The translations under genes were made by a program, and so were the position numbers. Under the pieces are notes generated by a model. It made no database searches, was not told the origin of the DNA, and saw nothing but the letters and a program-made list of their open reading frames with translations. A DNA stretch of 64,000 nucleotides. It comes from Dehalococcoidia bacterium (lineage in GTDB: Bacteria; Chloroflexota; Dehalococcoidia; Bin125). Every line of letters starts with the position of its first letter. Position 1 is the stretch's first letter. Below, in pieces: positions 49,908 through 59,082 of the stretch. The stretch is taken from the NCBI GenBank assembly GCA_963555985.3, contig OY820591.1, forward strand, positions 768,001 to 832,000, given 5' to 3'.

Positions 49908-50200
49908 GGCAGTTGGGGAATTTCTGAGCGGGCGGCGCGGATTTGGCGCTGTGGGCGGTGAATTCGTCGGCAGGTAGTCCTGGATAGTCCAGATTTGTCC
50001 AGATTCGTCTGGATTACGGGATGCTTAGAGCGGAAATTGGGAGTGTGAATCCGGGTTTGTCCTGGTTTGTCCGGACGGGTTGGGGTGGTCATGGCGCGTT
50101 GCATTCGTTGCGGTCGTGGCGTTGAGTGCGGTCGATCATATACGGACGGGCGTTCTGTATAGGATCCGGTTTGGGCGGGGTGTTGCGGGGGTCACAGTTG
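49905..50200 (-). repeat. ~300-bp element C; inverted copy of 63252-63548
   Basis: Near-identical core GGTAGTCCTGGATAGTCCAGATTTGTCCAGATTCGTCTGGATTACGGGAT.CTTAGAGCGGAAATTGGGAGTGTG. Confidence 0.85.
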
Positions 50201-50242
50201 GGTTGTGGGTGTGGGGGGACTGTCCTCTGTTCCCCGCCTACG

Positions 50243-50360
50243 GGGAGCTTTGCGTACATCAAGGACCGTTATACCCGCGGTAAGCGCGGGTATAACGCCG
50301 TGATCTGCACCGCCGTCGCGCACGCGGCGAGATTGCCGCGACGGAGCGCGGCAATGACGG
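50243..50360. repeat. Cruciform repeat family B copy
   Basis: ATACCCGCG-loop-CGCGGGTAT..CCGTGATCTGCACCG..ATTGCCGCG..CGCGGCAATGAC, as at 25452-25542. Confidence 0.8.
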
Positions 50361-50420
50361 AGCTCATGGACTAGCGACTGACGAGCGGACATGTTGTAGC
50401 AGAGAGGACTACGGCGTTCC

Positions 50421-50460
50421 CACCCCCTCTGCCTGCGGCATCTCCCCCTCAAGGGGGAGA
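50421..50460. repeat. REP-like family A copy
   Basis: CACCCCCTCTGCC-TGC-GGCATCTCCCCCTCAAGGGGGAGA. Confidence 0.85.
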
Positions 50461-50513
50461 TCGATCGAGATTTAGCGCAAGTCTCCTGAGAGGGGGAGAG
50501 TGGAGCGGGTCTG

Positions 50514-51293
50514 TTAGCGGTCGGGGCCGCGGACGGTGACGCCTCCGTCTACGGGGAGGATGACTCCGGTGACGTAGCGGGCTTCGTCGGAGGCGAGGAA
50601 GACGGCGGCCCAACCGATGTCCCAGCCTTCGCCTTCGATTTTGAGCAGGGAGGCGTTCTTGCGGCGCTCGCGGAGTTCGTCGGGCATACCGCCGGAATAC
50701 ACCATTGGCGTGTATACGGGTCCGGGCATGATGCAGTTGGCGCGGATGCGGTCGCGTCCGTGGTCGACTGCGAGGGCTTGGGTGAGAGTGGCGACGGCGG
50801 CCTTGCTCACGCTGTAGGCGGTCAGTCCACGCGGGCGGAGGGCGGCGATCGAGGAGACGTTGGTGATTGCGCCGCCGCCGTTGGCGCGGAGGGCGGGCAC
50901 GGCGTGTTTGCAGGTCAGCATCATCGAGGTGACGTTGACGCGCTGGACGTGGTCCCACTCGGCTTCGGAGACTTCTTCGACCGTGCCGCGACCGCCGATG
51001 CCGACGTTGTTGTGGAGGATGTCGAGCTTGCCGTAGCGAGTCACGGCGTCGGCCACAATCCGCGCGCAGTCTTCGGTGGCGGTCACGTCGGCGACCGCGA
51101 TGGCGGCGTCGTTGCCCTCGGCGCGGATCATGTCGAGGGTGGCCTGGACGTTGGCCTCGTCGCGGTCGACGAGAAGGAGGTCTGCGCCCTCGCGGGCGAA
51201 GAGGATGGCGGTGGCGCGTCCGTTGCCGATGCCGTCGGCGCGGGAGCCGGCGCCGGTGATGATGGCGGATTTTCCTGCAAGTCGGTTGGGCAT
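50514..51293 (-). CDS. SDR family oxidoreductase
   Basis: TGAGS..GIGNG, HNNVGI and YSVSK motifs. Confidence 0.93.
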   Translation of the reverse strand: MPNRLAGKSAIITGAGSRADGIGNGRATAILFAREGADLLLVDRDEANVQATLDMIRAEGNDAAIAVADVTATEDCARIVADAVTRYGKLDILHNNVGIGGRGTVEEVSEAEWDHVQRVNVTSMMLTCKHAVPALRANGGGAITNVSSIAALRPRGLTAYSVSKAAVATLTQALAVDHGRDRIRANCIMPGPVYTPMVYSGGMPDELRERRKNASLLKIEGEGWDIGWAAVFLASDEARYVTGVILPVDGGVTVRGPDR

Positions 51294-51311
51294 GGTGTTG
51301 TCCTCGTTTCG

Positions 51312-52658
51312 TCAGTCGAACTGGATTGGCCGGGGTACGGGCGCTGGATCGCGCTGGGGTTTCCAGAGCACTTCGCGCAGCAGCGCTGGAATTGCCGGTG
51401 GAAGTTTGATTTGGAGCCGCTCATTGCGGTCGGCGCGGACCCAGAGGATCATCACGATCAGGAGGAGGGGGCCGTAGAAGGCTGCGAGTCCGAGGAAGAC
51501 GATCGGGAGGGGATGGTCTTGGACGACGCGGCCGAAGACGGGCAGGAAGGGGAGCATGATTAGCGCCCAGCCCATGTGATTGAGCGAAAGTGCGGTGGCT
51601 CGCAGATGCGAGGGAATGCGGCGGTTGAGGTAGCCCTCCATCAGCGGCATCTGCGCGCCTCGGGCGAGGCCGAGGATGAGGAAGAGACCAATCGCGCCGA
51701 GATGATCCATCAGCGCGATCCCGACGTAGACCAGTACGACCCAGAAGGGCATGGAGGCGACGGTGCGGACGATCCCAAAGCGCCGCGCGAGCCAGAAGGC
51801 CAGCACTGCCGCGAAGACCGTGGCGATCCTGGCGGGCGCTTGAAGCGCCGTAAAGACCCAGCCGACCTCGATTCCGTGTCGCTCCAGGAAGGGCTGGATG
51901 AGGTAGAACTCGGGCACCAGGGCAGCGACGAGCAGAGCGCTGAAGATGAGCGAGTAGCGGATCGTCGGCGTCCGGCCTGCGAGACGGAGCGTCTGCTGCA
52001 TCAAGCTGAGGTAGGAGGGCGTGTGCTGAGGCTGGCCTTGCTCATGGCGGGGCGGTTCGCGGAAACCGAATGAGATGAGCAAGGCGAAGGCGGTGCCGAT
52101 CGCGCCGGAGATCACCGTCGCCTGGGTACCGATTTCGCCGGCGATGATGCCGCCGCCGAATGTGCCCAAGACCATGGCAACTGAGCGCACAGCGAAGACG
52201 CGCCCGGCCAGACGCTCGAAGTCGCGCGCGCGTCCCAGCGCTTGCAGCGAATCGTGCAGGAAGGCGCTGTCGGTGCCGGTCAGCGTCACCATCGCCAGGC
52301 CCCACAAGGCCCAGGCGATCGCGGCCTGCCAGAAGGAGCCCGAGAACGCGAACCAGAGGATGAAGGTGATGTAGATCACCAAGGAGAGGCGCATCACGCG
52401 GACGCGCCCGAAGCGGTCAGCGGCTGCGCCGGCGGGGGCTTGTCCGAAGGAGGTGATTACGTAGAAGGCCGGGCCGATCGCGCCGATCTCGCTCCAGGTG
52501 AGGCCGACGTCATCGAGCGCGAAGACGATCCAGAGGGGGAGCCAGAACTGGAGGTCGTGGACGAAGTAGAACCAGGGGTAGAGGCGCAGATTGCGCTGCC
52601 AGAGACGGCGTTGAGATTGCTGCTGCGCTTGGGTGTGTTGGGGGTTGTCGATGGCCAC
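51312..52658 (-). CDS. MFS transporter
   Basis: GAAADRFGR motif; multiple hydrophobic segments. Confidence 0.88.
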   Translation of the reverse strand: MAIDNPQHTQAQQQSQRRLWQRNLRLYPWFYFVHDLQFWLPLWIVFALDDVGLTWSEIGAIGPAFYVITSFGQAPAGAAADRFGRVRVMRLSLVIYITFILWFAFSGSFWQAAIAWALWGLAMVTLTGTDSAFLHDSLQALGRARDFERLAGRVFAVRSVAMVLGTFGGGIIAGEIGTQATVISGAIGTAFALLISFGFREPPRHEQGQPQHTPSYLSLMQQTLRLAGRTPTIRYSLIFSALLVAALVPEFYLIQPFLERHGIEVGWVFTALQAPARIATVFAAVLAFWLARRFGIVRTVASMPFWVVLVYVGIALMDHLGAIGLFLILGLARGAQMPLMEGYLNRRIPSHLRATALSLNHMGWALIMLPFLPVFGRVVQDHPLPIVFLGLAAFYGPLLLIVMILWVRADRNERLQIKLPPAIPALLREVLWKPQRDPAPVPRPIQFD

Positions 52659-52688
52659 GCTGGGCAGGATACGAGTTCGGGCTGGGCG

Positions 52689-53237
52689 CTAGTCGGCCGG
52701 CCAGTCGGGCAATGCGCGGTAGAGGCGCACCGGTTCGGGGATGCCCTTCATCACCACTGGCCCAATCTCTTCAAACTCGGCGGTCGGCTGGCGGAGCTGT
52801 TCCAGCGTGTCGGCGGAGAGCAACAGCTCCGATACCCCCGCCTGATCCGCGATCCGCGCGGCCAGATTGACATCGTGGCCGATCAGGTCGTCGCGCCGCC
52901 GCGTCTGTCGGCCCCAGTGAATCCCGATCCGCACCCAGAGCGGCTGCAAGGTCTCGTTGGAGTACTGCTCAAAGCGTTCAAGCAAGAGCTGGCACGTCTC
53001 TAGCCCCGTCTGCGCGTCCGGGAACCAGAGCATCAGGCCGTCGCCGAGTTCCTTCACGAGGCGCGAACCGGAGGGCAACACCTCATCTACGATCCGTTCC
53101 TGGGCGGTGAGGAGGTCGTTGGCGGCGGCGTCGCCCTCAATCGCGGTGAACTCGGTGAAGCTGACGATATCGGTGAAGGCGACGGCTCCGGTGATGGTCG
53201 AAGGCGGGGCGTTCACGGCGGCGGAATCGGCGATCAT
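52689..53237 (-). CDS. Standalone class III adenylate cyclase domain
   Basis: FTDIVSFT, KELGDG, RIGIHWG and DLIGHDVNLAAR motifs. Confidence 0.9.
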   Translation of the reverse strand: MIADSAAVNAPPSTITGAVAFTDIVSFTEFTAIEGDAAANDLLTAQERIVDEVLPSGSRLVKELGDGLMLWFPDAQTGLETCQLLLERFEQYSNETLQPLWVRIGIHWGRQTRRRDDLIGHDVNLAARIADQAGVSELLLSADTLEQLRQPTAEFEEIGPVVMKGIPEPVRLYRALPDWPAD

Positions 53238-53246
53238 AACGTTCCG

Positions 53247-54023
53247 TTAGCGGTGGGTACCGACGTTCACAGATCCGGAGACGGTAGCGACGGTGATCGT
53301 GAGATCGTCGCCGGGTTCGCAGTCAACCTTGAGGCTGCCGGACTTTTGTCTGGCGCGCACCCGCGGTCGGTACCCTCTTGGGATACTGATCTCGGCGCTC
53401 CCGGAGACCGTCCTCACGAGGATGTCGCCCGCTCCGTCGGTGCTGATGTCGACGCTCCCCGAGACTGTCTCCACGCGGATGTCACCCGCTCCGTCGGTGC
53501 TGACGTGGACACCGCCGTTCACACTCATCGCTTCGACCCGCCCGCTGATGCCGCTCAGCTTGACCTGGCCGCTCACCGACATCGCACGTGCGCTGCGCGC
53601 CCGCTTGATGTCCACCGAGCCCGAGACCACCGCGGCCGAGACGCGACCGTGCGCGTGATCGACGCCGATCCCACCGCTTTTCGTTCGCGCTTTGACCGAG
53701 CGCGCCCGCTCGACCTGGATCCGGCCGCTGTGCGTGTGCAGCCGGACATCGCCGAAATCCCCGCGCAGTTCAAGCCGTCCGGAGTTCGTCGCTGCGACCA
53801 GATCCGTGCCGGGAGGACAACGGATTGTGACAGCGCTCGAGCCTCTGCCGCCGCGAATGTGGAGGCGGCCATGCTCGCGCCAGACTTGGCGTCGCCGCGC
53901 GCGCTCAGACAGTCCGTCGATCTCGACATCCACCCGATCAGGCTCGGCGATCGCGAGCAGGTGTCCGGAGCGGGTCGTGACTTCGAGCGCTTTGGCGTCG
54001 CGCAGCTGCACGGTTCGGCTCAT
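53247..54023 (-). CDS. DUF4097-like beta-repeat protein
   Basis: Repeated TxSG / VSGSV units; internal STDGAGDI duplication. Confidence 0.85.
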   Translation of the reverse strand: MSRTVQLRDAKALEVTTRSGHLLAIAEPDRVDVEIDGLSERARRRQVWREHGRLHIRGGRGSSAVTIRCPPGTDLVAATNSGRLELRGDFGDVRLHTHSGRIQVERARSVKARTKSGGIGVDHAHGRVSAAVVSGSVDIKRARSARAMSVSGQVKLSGISGRVEAMSVNGGVHVSTDGAGDIRVETVSGSVDISTDGAGDILVRTVSGSAEISIPRGYRPRVRARQKSGSLKVDCEPGDDLTITVATVSGSVNVGTHR

Positions 54024-54141
54024 GGGCCAGAGCTTAGGGATGCGCCGGCGGTTCCGCGCGAATCGGGCACGGGTCTGTGTAGTGCGGCATATAGACTTGG
54101 GCGAGCGAGACACAGAAGCGAGGAAGGCAAGGATTCGCGGC

Positions 54142-54927
54142 ATGGCCTACGAACAGATTTTGACTGAAACGATCGGGCGTGTTGGGGTGATTCGGCTGAA
54201 CCGGCCCGAGAAGCTGAATGCCTGGACCGACATCATGTCGAACGAGATGACGCGGCAGATCCAGGCCTGGAACGAGGACGACGGGATCGGCGCAATCCTG
54301 ATCGCGGGCGAAGGCCGCGCCTTCTGCGCGGGCGCCGACTTGCAAGGTTTCAATCAGCGCTTGGCTGACGATCCCGAGGCGCAAGGTCGCGGCAGCGGAA
54401 TGCGGGTGAACTGGACGAATCTGATTCGCAGCTCCAAGCCGGTGATCGCGGCGATTCACGGCTACGCGGTGGGCGTAGGTTTGACGATGGCGCTGCCCTG
54501 CGACGTTCGCTACGCGGCTGAGGGAACGCGGCTGTCGATTCGCTTCGTCAAGGTCGGTCTGGTACCGGAGCTGGGATCGACGCGGCTGCTGGCGCAGTTG
54601 GTGGGTCTGGGGCACGCGACGGATATCTGTCTGTCGGGTCGGATGGTGCCGGCGGACGAGGCGTACCGGATCGGCTTGGTCTCGGCGGTCGTGCCCAAGG
54701 AAGACCTGTTCGAGACCGCATTGGAGAAGGCCAACGAATTGGCGAATAACCCCACCGCGGTCGTGCGCAAGATCAAGACTCTGCTGAGCGACAACGTCTC
54801 CGAGCCGGATCTGAATCGGGTGATGGAGCGAGAAGGCGCGCGGGATCGCGAGTCGCGGCGGCTGCCGTCGCACACGGAGGCGGTGACGGCGTTCCTGGAG
54901 AAGCGGGAGCCGGTCTTCAATCAGTAG
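54142..54927 (+). CDS. Enoyl-CoA hydratase/isomerase
   Basis: LNRPEKLNA, AFCAGADL and GLVPE motifs. Confidence 0.93.
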   Translation: MAYEQILTETIGRVGVIRLNRPEKLNAWTDIMSNEMTRQIQAWNEDDGIGAILIAGEGRAFCAGADLQGFNQRLADDPEAQGRGSGMRVNWTNLIRSSKPVIAAIHGYAVGVGLTMALPCDVRYAAEGTRLSIRFVKVGLVPELGSTRLLAQLVGLGHATDICLSGRMVPADEAYRIGLVSAVVPKEDLFETALEKANELANNPTAVVRKIKTLLSDNVSEPDLNRVMEREGARDRESRRLPSHTEAVTAFLEKREPVFNQ

Positions 54928-54930
54928 AGC

Positions 54931-55030
54931 GTGTCGCTCTCGCAAGAGGAGTTCGTGGCGATCCTAGCCGACGATTCCAAGCGGATCGTGGGTGATGCGG
55001 CGTAGGTGCGCAAACTGAATTCGCCGCCGA
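54931..55030 (+). pseudogene. Short N-terminal gene remnant with in-frame TAG
   Basis: VSLSQEEFVAILADDSKRIVGDAA*; family resemblance is from memory only. Confidence 0.3.
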
Positions 55031-55687
55031 CTAATCCGAGCTGAACAGCAGCCGTCCAACTGCCTCCAGATCCGCAGCTGTGTGCGTCGCGCCGAAGCGA
55101 CGGAGATATTCGTCGTCTCGGACGCCGATGATTCCGACCACCGCCGCCAGCTTCGCGTTGCGGCCCGCTCCCATGTCCGACTCGGTGTCGCCGACGATTG
55201 CGGAACGCTCCGGCGTCGACCGGAGTTGTGCGAGCGCGTGCAGGATCGGGGCTGCGTGGGGTTTGGGATGAGGAGCGGTGTCCGCGCCGATGATCGTGAC
55301 GAAGCGGTCTGTCCAGCCGAGCAGCTCGACCGTCTTGCGGCCGGCGTCCTCACGCTTGTTGGTGACCACCGCGAGCGGGATATTCGCAGCCGCGAGCTTG
55401 TCCAGCAGCGTCTCTGCGCCCGGCAACGGTCTGGTGCGCGGCATGTACTCGCGCTCGTAGCGGTCGAGATAGTCCATGTAGATCGGGTGGGCAGCTTCGG
55501 CATCGAGGCCGAGCATGTTGAACAGCATCACCGGCAAGGGCGGGCCGATGTACTTCATCAGCAGGGCTTCGTCGACCGGGTGGCCGGCGGCGTTGATCGT
55601 CTCCAACATGCAGCCGAGCACCAGCGGCTCGGTGTCGGCGAGGGTGCCGTCGAGATCGAAGATCACTGACTCGAAGCGCGGCTTCAT
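55031..55687 (-). CDS. HAD family phosphatase (phosphoglycolate phosphatase-like)
   Basis: FDLDGTLADT, VTNK, KPH and VGDTESD motifs. Confidence 0.92.
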   Translation of the reverse strand: MKPRFESVIFDLDGTLADTEPLVLGCMLETINAAGHPVDEALLMKYIGPPLPVMLFNMLGLDAEAAHPIYMDYLDRYEREYMPRTRPLPGAETLLDKLAAANIPLAVVTNKREDAGRKTVELLGWTDRFVTIIGADTAPHPKPHAAPILHALAQLRSTPERSAIVGDTESDMGAGRNAKLAAVVGIIGVRDDEYLRRFGATHTAADLEAVGRLLFSSD

Positions 55688-55920
55688 GGCAGGCGGATAC
55701 GCCAGTCGTCGGAGCCGGGCCGGTCGCGTTCGCAGACCATGAGTTTGCCGTTGATGAAGACGCTCAGACTGAGCGCCGGTCCCGGAATCGTTCAATCGCG
55801 CGCGGTCGGCGTCTCGGCGCGGATGGCTTCCTGGCGGATGTCGTTGAGCAGGTCGTCGGCGTCGAGGCCAAGCAGCTCGGCGGCCTGGGGAATGTCGAGA
55901 GTGTCGGTGGGAGTGGTCAT
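55684..55920 (-). pseudogene. Excisionase-like HTH gene with in-frame TGA at 55792-55794
   Basis: LDIPQAAELLGL...ARD*TIP; frame stays open to a TGA overlapping the HAD ATG. Confidence 0.6.
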
Positions 55921-55998
55921 GTACGCAGAGTAGCGTAGAAACCGGACTCGCCCGCGCCTTCGGAGCGCGGGAAGCTGGTCCGGCTCTGGAGGCTGGTC

Positions 55999-57267
55999 GT
56001 GACTGTGTATCTCGTCTTGCTGGCGGTGCTGCTGGCGCTGTCGGCGTTCTTTTCGAGCGCGGAGACGTCGTTTCTCTCGGTTGAGGGCGTGCGTCTGGAG
56101 CATGAGCGGCGGCGGCGTCTGCCCGGCGCGGAGCGGGCGGCGGCGCTGCTGGCCGCGCCGCGGCGGTTGCTAGCTTCGATCCTGTTGGGTAACAACCTCG
56201 TCAACACCGGCGCGGCTGCGGTAGGTACCGCGATTGCGAGTGAACTGATCGACGGCGGCAGCGCGCTCGTGCTGGCGACCGTCGCGGTCACGGTGCTGCT
56301 GGTGATCTTCGGAGAAATCGGCCCCAAGTCGGTGGCGCTGCACCACAACATGACGATGGCCCGCTACTACGCCCTGCCTCTCACCTGGTGGGCGCGGCTG
56401 ACGGTGCCGGTGGTGATCGCGCTCGACTGGATCTCGAAGCTGTGGCTCCGAGTCGTCGGCGGCCAGGAGGAACAGCGCGCCGCCCTGAGCCTGGGCGAAC
56501 TGAGGACTGCAATCAATCTGGGCCGTGAACGCGGAGAGCTCGAGCGGCAAGAAACCGATGTCCTGCTCGGCGCGCTCCGCCTTGGCGAGACCCAGGTGCG
56601 GCGGATCATGACCGCTCGAATCCAGATCGCCAGCATCGACGCCGATGCCACCCTCAACGAGGCCGGACGCCTCTTTGGCGAGGCTGGATTCCTGCGCCTG
56701 CCGGTGCGGGATCGGAGCGGCGACCGCTTCGTGGGTTACCTGCACGGCTCGGACGTGCTCGCGCTGCTGGGGCAGGGGCGCGGCGACGAGCGGGTCAGCC
56801 GGCACATGCGCACGGCGTCGTTTGAGTCAGAGCGGGCCTCGGTGCAACGAGTCTTGACCACGATGCAGACCAGCGGGCAGCACCTGATGCTGCTGATCGA
56901 CGAGTTCGGCGCGACTTCGGGGCTGGTGACGCTGGAAGACATTCTCGAACTGGTTGTCGGCAACATCGCCAGCGAAACGCGCGAAGGCAGCGAACCGGAG
57001 CCGCTGGAGCGCTTCGGCGAGCAAGAGATCGAGGGCCAGCGCAATCTGACCGAGCTGGCGGCGGAGCTGGAGCTCGACCTAAGCGAGGAGGAGTCGGAGA
57101 CGGTGGCGGGGATGCTCTTGCAGCGCTTCCGGCGAATCCCGGAGGCGGGCGAGAGTCTCGATCTCTATGGCTACCGCTGGCGGGTGTCGGAGTCGGACGA
57201 GCGCCGCATCCTGCGGGTGCGGTTTCGACGGGTTGGGGCGCGATCGGCGTCGCGCCGCGCAGAATGA
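55999..57267 (+). CDS. Hemolysin-family CNNM/CBS/CorC protein
   Basis: SAFFSSAETS, ILLGNNLVN, FGEIGPK and IDEFG..GLVTLEDILE motifs. Confidence 0.93.
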   Translation: MTVYLVLLAVLLALSAFFSSAETSFLSVEGVRLEHERRRRLPGAERAAALLAAPRRLLASILLGNNLVNTGAAAVGTAIASELIDGGSALVLATVAVTVLLVIFGEIGPKSVALHHNMTMARYYALPLTWWARLTVPVVIALDWISKLWLRVVGGQEEQRAALSLGELRTAINLGRERGELERQETDVLLGALRLGETQVRRIMTARIQIASIDADATLNEAGRLFGEAGFLRLPVRDRSGDRFVGYLHGSDVLALLGQGRGDERVSRHMRTASFESERASVQRVLTTMQTSGQHLMLLIDEFGATSGLVTLEDILELVVGNIASETREGSEPEPLERFGEQEIEGQRNLTELAAELELDLSEEESETVAGMLLQRFRRIPEAGESLDLYGYRWRVSESDERRILRVRFRRVGARSASRRAE

Positions 57268-57286
57268 TGCTAAGCTGAGGTCAGGA

Positions 57287-57373
57287 GCCGAGGTGGCGGA
57301 ATGGTAGACGCGATGGTCTCAAAAACCATTGGGCCGCAAGCCCGTGCCGGTTCGAGTCCGGCCCTCGGTACCA
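57287..57373 (+). tRNA. tRNA-Leu(CAA)
   Basis: Cloverleaf; anticodon arm ATGGT-CTCAAAA-ACCAT; long variable arm; GTTCGA; encoded CCA. Confidence 0.96.
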
Positions 57374-57378
57374 GCAGT

Positions 57379-57452
57379 TGCCGCGTAGTGTAACGGTAGC
57401 ACTAGGGACTTTGGATCCCTCAGTTCAGGTTCGAACCCTGGCGCGGCAGCCA
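57379..57452 (+). tRNA. tRNA-Gln(TTG)
   Basis: Anticodon arm AGGGA-CTTTGGA-TCCCT; GTTCGAA; encoded CCA. Confidence 0.95.
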
Positions 57453-57476
57453 CGCCCCCGCAACTCTTCTAACTCC

Positions 57477-57501
57477 GTCATTCCCGCGCAGGCGGGAATC
57501 T
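57477..57501. repeat. Intact dRS3-like hairpin
   Basis: GTCATTCCC-GCGCAGGC-GGGAATC (ATTCCC-N8-GGGAAT). Confidence 0.8.
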
Positions 57502-57538
57502 CGCCGCAATCTGCTATGTTGCCTCGAAGGAGGAAATC

Positions 57539-58039
57539 GTGGCTACTTGCATTGTTTGTGAGACTGAATTTACTCCCGCACGATCCAGTGAGACGTGCTC
57601 TCACACGCACGGGCAGCGGGCACGATATCGACGCAAGATTGAAGCGCCGGTGTCTGACAGGGAGTTCGGCTACAAGCCTCGGCGGAGGTATCGGAAGGGT
57701 GGGGGGGCACGTATGGACGTGAATGGATATATGCGGATGGAAGGTGGTCCCAATCATGACCGCTATATTCACCGAATCGTGATGGAACGAGAGATCAGAA
57801 GACCGCTCCGTGAGGATGAATCAGTCCATCACAAGAATGGCGACAAGACCGACAATCGACCTGAGAATCTCGAACGATGGGTTCGTACTGGCTCTCAACC
57901 AGCGGGCCAAAGGGTTTCCGACATGATCCCGTGGGCGATTGAGTTCTTGGAGGGGGAGGGGTACCTGGTGCTTCCACCCGCTGTTCGAGCCCGGTCCGAG
58001 CCACATCCTGACCAAGGGGCTTTGCCTCTAGAGGGATGA
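57539..58039 (+). CDS. HNH endonuclease (HNH_3, phage homing type) with N-terminal Cys motif
   Basis: AGGAGG RBS; CxxC..C; HRIVME..VHHKNGDKTDNRPENL. Confidence 0.9.
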   Translation: MATCIVCETEFTPARSSETCSHTHGQRARYRRKIEAPVSDREFGYKPRRRYRKGGGARMDVNGYMRMEGGPNHDRYIHRIVMEREIRRPLREDESVHHKNGDKTDNRPENLERWVRTGSQPAGQRVSDMIPWAIEFLEGEGYLVLPPAVRARSEPHPDQGALPLEG

Positions 58040-58064
58040 TGGTGATAGACTTCGGGCGAGGAGG

Positions 58065-58502
58065 TTGGTAATGACTGGACAAGTTCTGCAGGTGTTTGTC
58101 GAGGCGATACGATTCGTGGGGAGACCTGAAGATGAGTGGGACCTTATGGGATGGTGGAACCTTGTTGAAGACGGCGATCTGAGATCATCCGTGCCGCCCG
58201 CCCAACAACAGGAGCATCGTATCGACAGGGAATCGGTCAAAGAGGTGGATGTAGCGGCAGAACTCGCGGGTATCTGCGCAACCCTTGCTCAAGAGCATGA
58301 AGTGGAGGTTCTTGAATTGTCAATCTCTCGCTGGATTGTTCCTAGTGATGATTTCTCAGAGGCGGCCCAGGAAAGGCGAAAAGACAAGATCAGGCTCGCC
58401 ATTGCGGAGATCCTTCCAGATATCAAGGTCTATATTGGTCGTTCTTCATCCGACTTGGGAGAGGAAATGGAAGAGTTGCACCGTCGTATACAGCATGACT
58501 GA
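58065..58502 (+). CDS. Hypothetical acidic protein
   Basis: GAGGAGG RBS; 145-aa ORF in an AT-richer segment. Confidence 0.6.
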   Translation: MVMTGQVLQVFVEAIRFVGRPEDEWDLMGWWNLVEDGDLRSSVPPAQQQEHRIDRESVKEVDVAAELAGICATLAQEHEVEVLELSISRWIVPSDDFSEAAQERRKDKIRLAIAEILPDIKVYIGRSSSDLGEEMEELHRRIQHD

Positions 58503-58540
58503 TCGCCTCTTGCGTAATGGTTGTTCGGGTCTGCTAAGAT

Positions 58541-58587
58541 TGGCTGCTCAGGCAGGGCTTGAGTCCGCAAATTGACGGTTCAGCCGG
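58541..58587 (-). repeat. Decayed copy of the tRNA-Asn 3' half (att-like)
   Basis: 58541-58570 matches 59083-59112 at 25/30 positions; CGGTT..CAGCCG anticodon-arm match follows. Confidence 0.75.
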
Positions 58588-58801
58588 CGGCTGGAGGAGT
58601 CGCTAACTCGCCAGCCGGCGTCGGAATCGGATCTCCGAATTCCTTTGCGGTGTCGATCCAGAGACCCATGGCGACTTGCACCTCTCGGACAGCCTCGTCG
58701 TAGGTGTCGCCGAGCGCCGAACAGCCGGGAAGCTCAGGCACGGCAGCGACGTACATACCGTCTTCCTCACTCCAGAAGATCGTGATCTGGTACTTGTGCA
58801 T
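58580..58801 (-). CDS. hicB: HicB family antitoxin (orphan)
   Basis: YQITIFWSEEDGMYVAAVPELPGCSALGDTYDEA. Confidence 0.9.
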   Translation of the reverse strand: MHKYQITIFWSEEDGMYVAAVPELPGCSALGDTYDEAVREVQVAMGLWIDTAKEFGDPIPTPAGELATPPAAG

Positions 58802-58843
58802 CGGTCCAGCATTCCGTCGAAACTGGCTGCCTCAAGCCAGACC

Positions 58844-59059
58844 TCAGAGCGATGGGCCGACCAACTCGCCAGCGGGTTGTGGGATCGGGCGGCCGATCCT
58901 CGCGGCGGCTTCCACCCAGTACGAGATTGCGTTCTGAGCCTCGGCAAGGGCGGATTCGTGCGAGTCCCCGTGCGCCATACAGCCGGGCAACTCAGGAACG
59001 TTAGCCGCGAACACGCCGTCTTCGTCGCTCCAGTAGAGGATGATCTCGTACTTGTGCAT
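58844..59059 (-). CDS. hicB: HicB family antitoxin (orphan)
   Basis: YEIILYWSDEDGVFAANVPELPGCMAHGDSHESA. Confidence 0.9.
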   Translation of the reverse strand: MHKYEIILYWSDEDGVFAANVPELPGCMAHGDSHESALAEAQNAISYWVEAAARIGRPIPQPAGELVGPSL

Positions 59060-59082
59060 CAGTCGTCCGAGTCTGACAAGGA

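Noticed and set aside
53420-53510. Internal direct repeat in the DUF4097-like gene
   Set aside because: An in-frame duplication of one beta-repeat unit, ordinary for this family.
38971-55794. Genome-wide UGA=Trp or selenocysteine recoding
   Set aside because: Core genes such as infB, rbfA and amtB end in TGA, TGG is used freely, and the in-frame TGAs are not at Cys positions.
57983-58003. GTTCGAGCCCGGTCCGAGCCA as a tRNA-Leu att remnant
   Set aside because: Only 13/15 match, lies inside the HNH coding tail, and could be chance.
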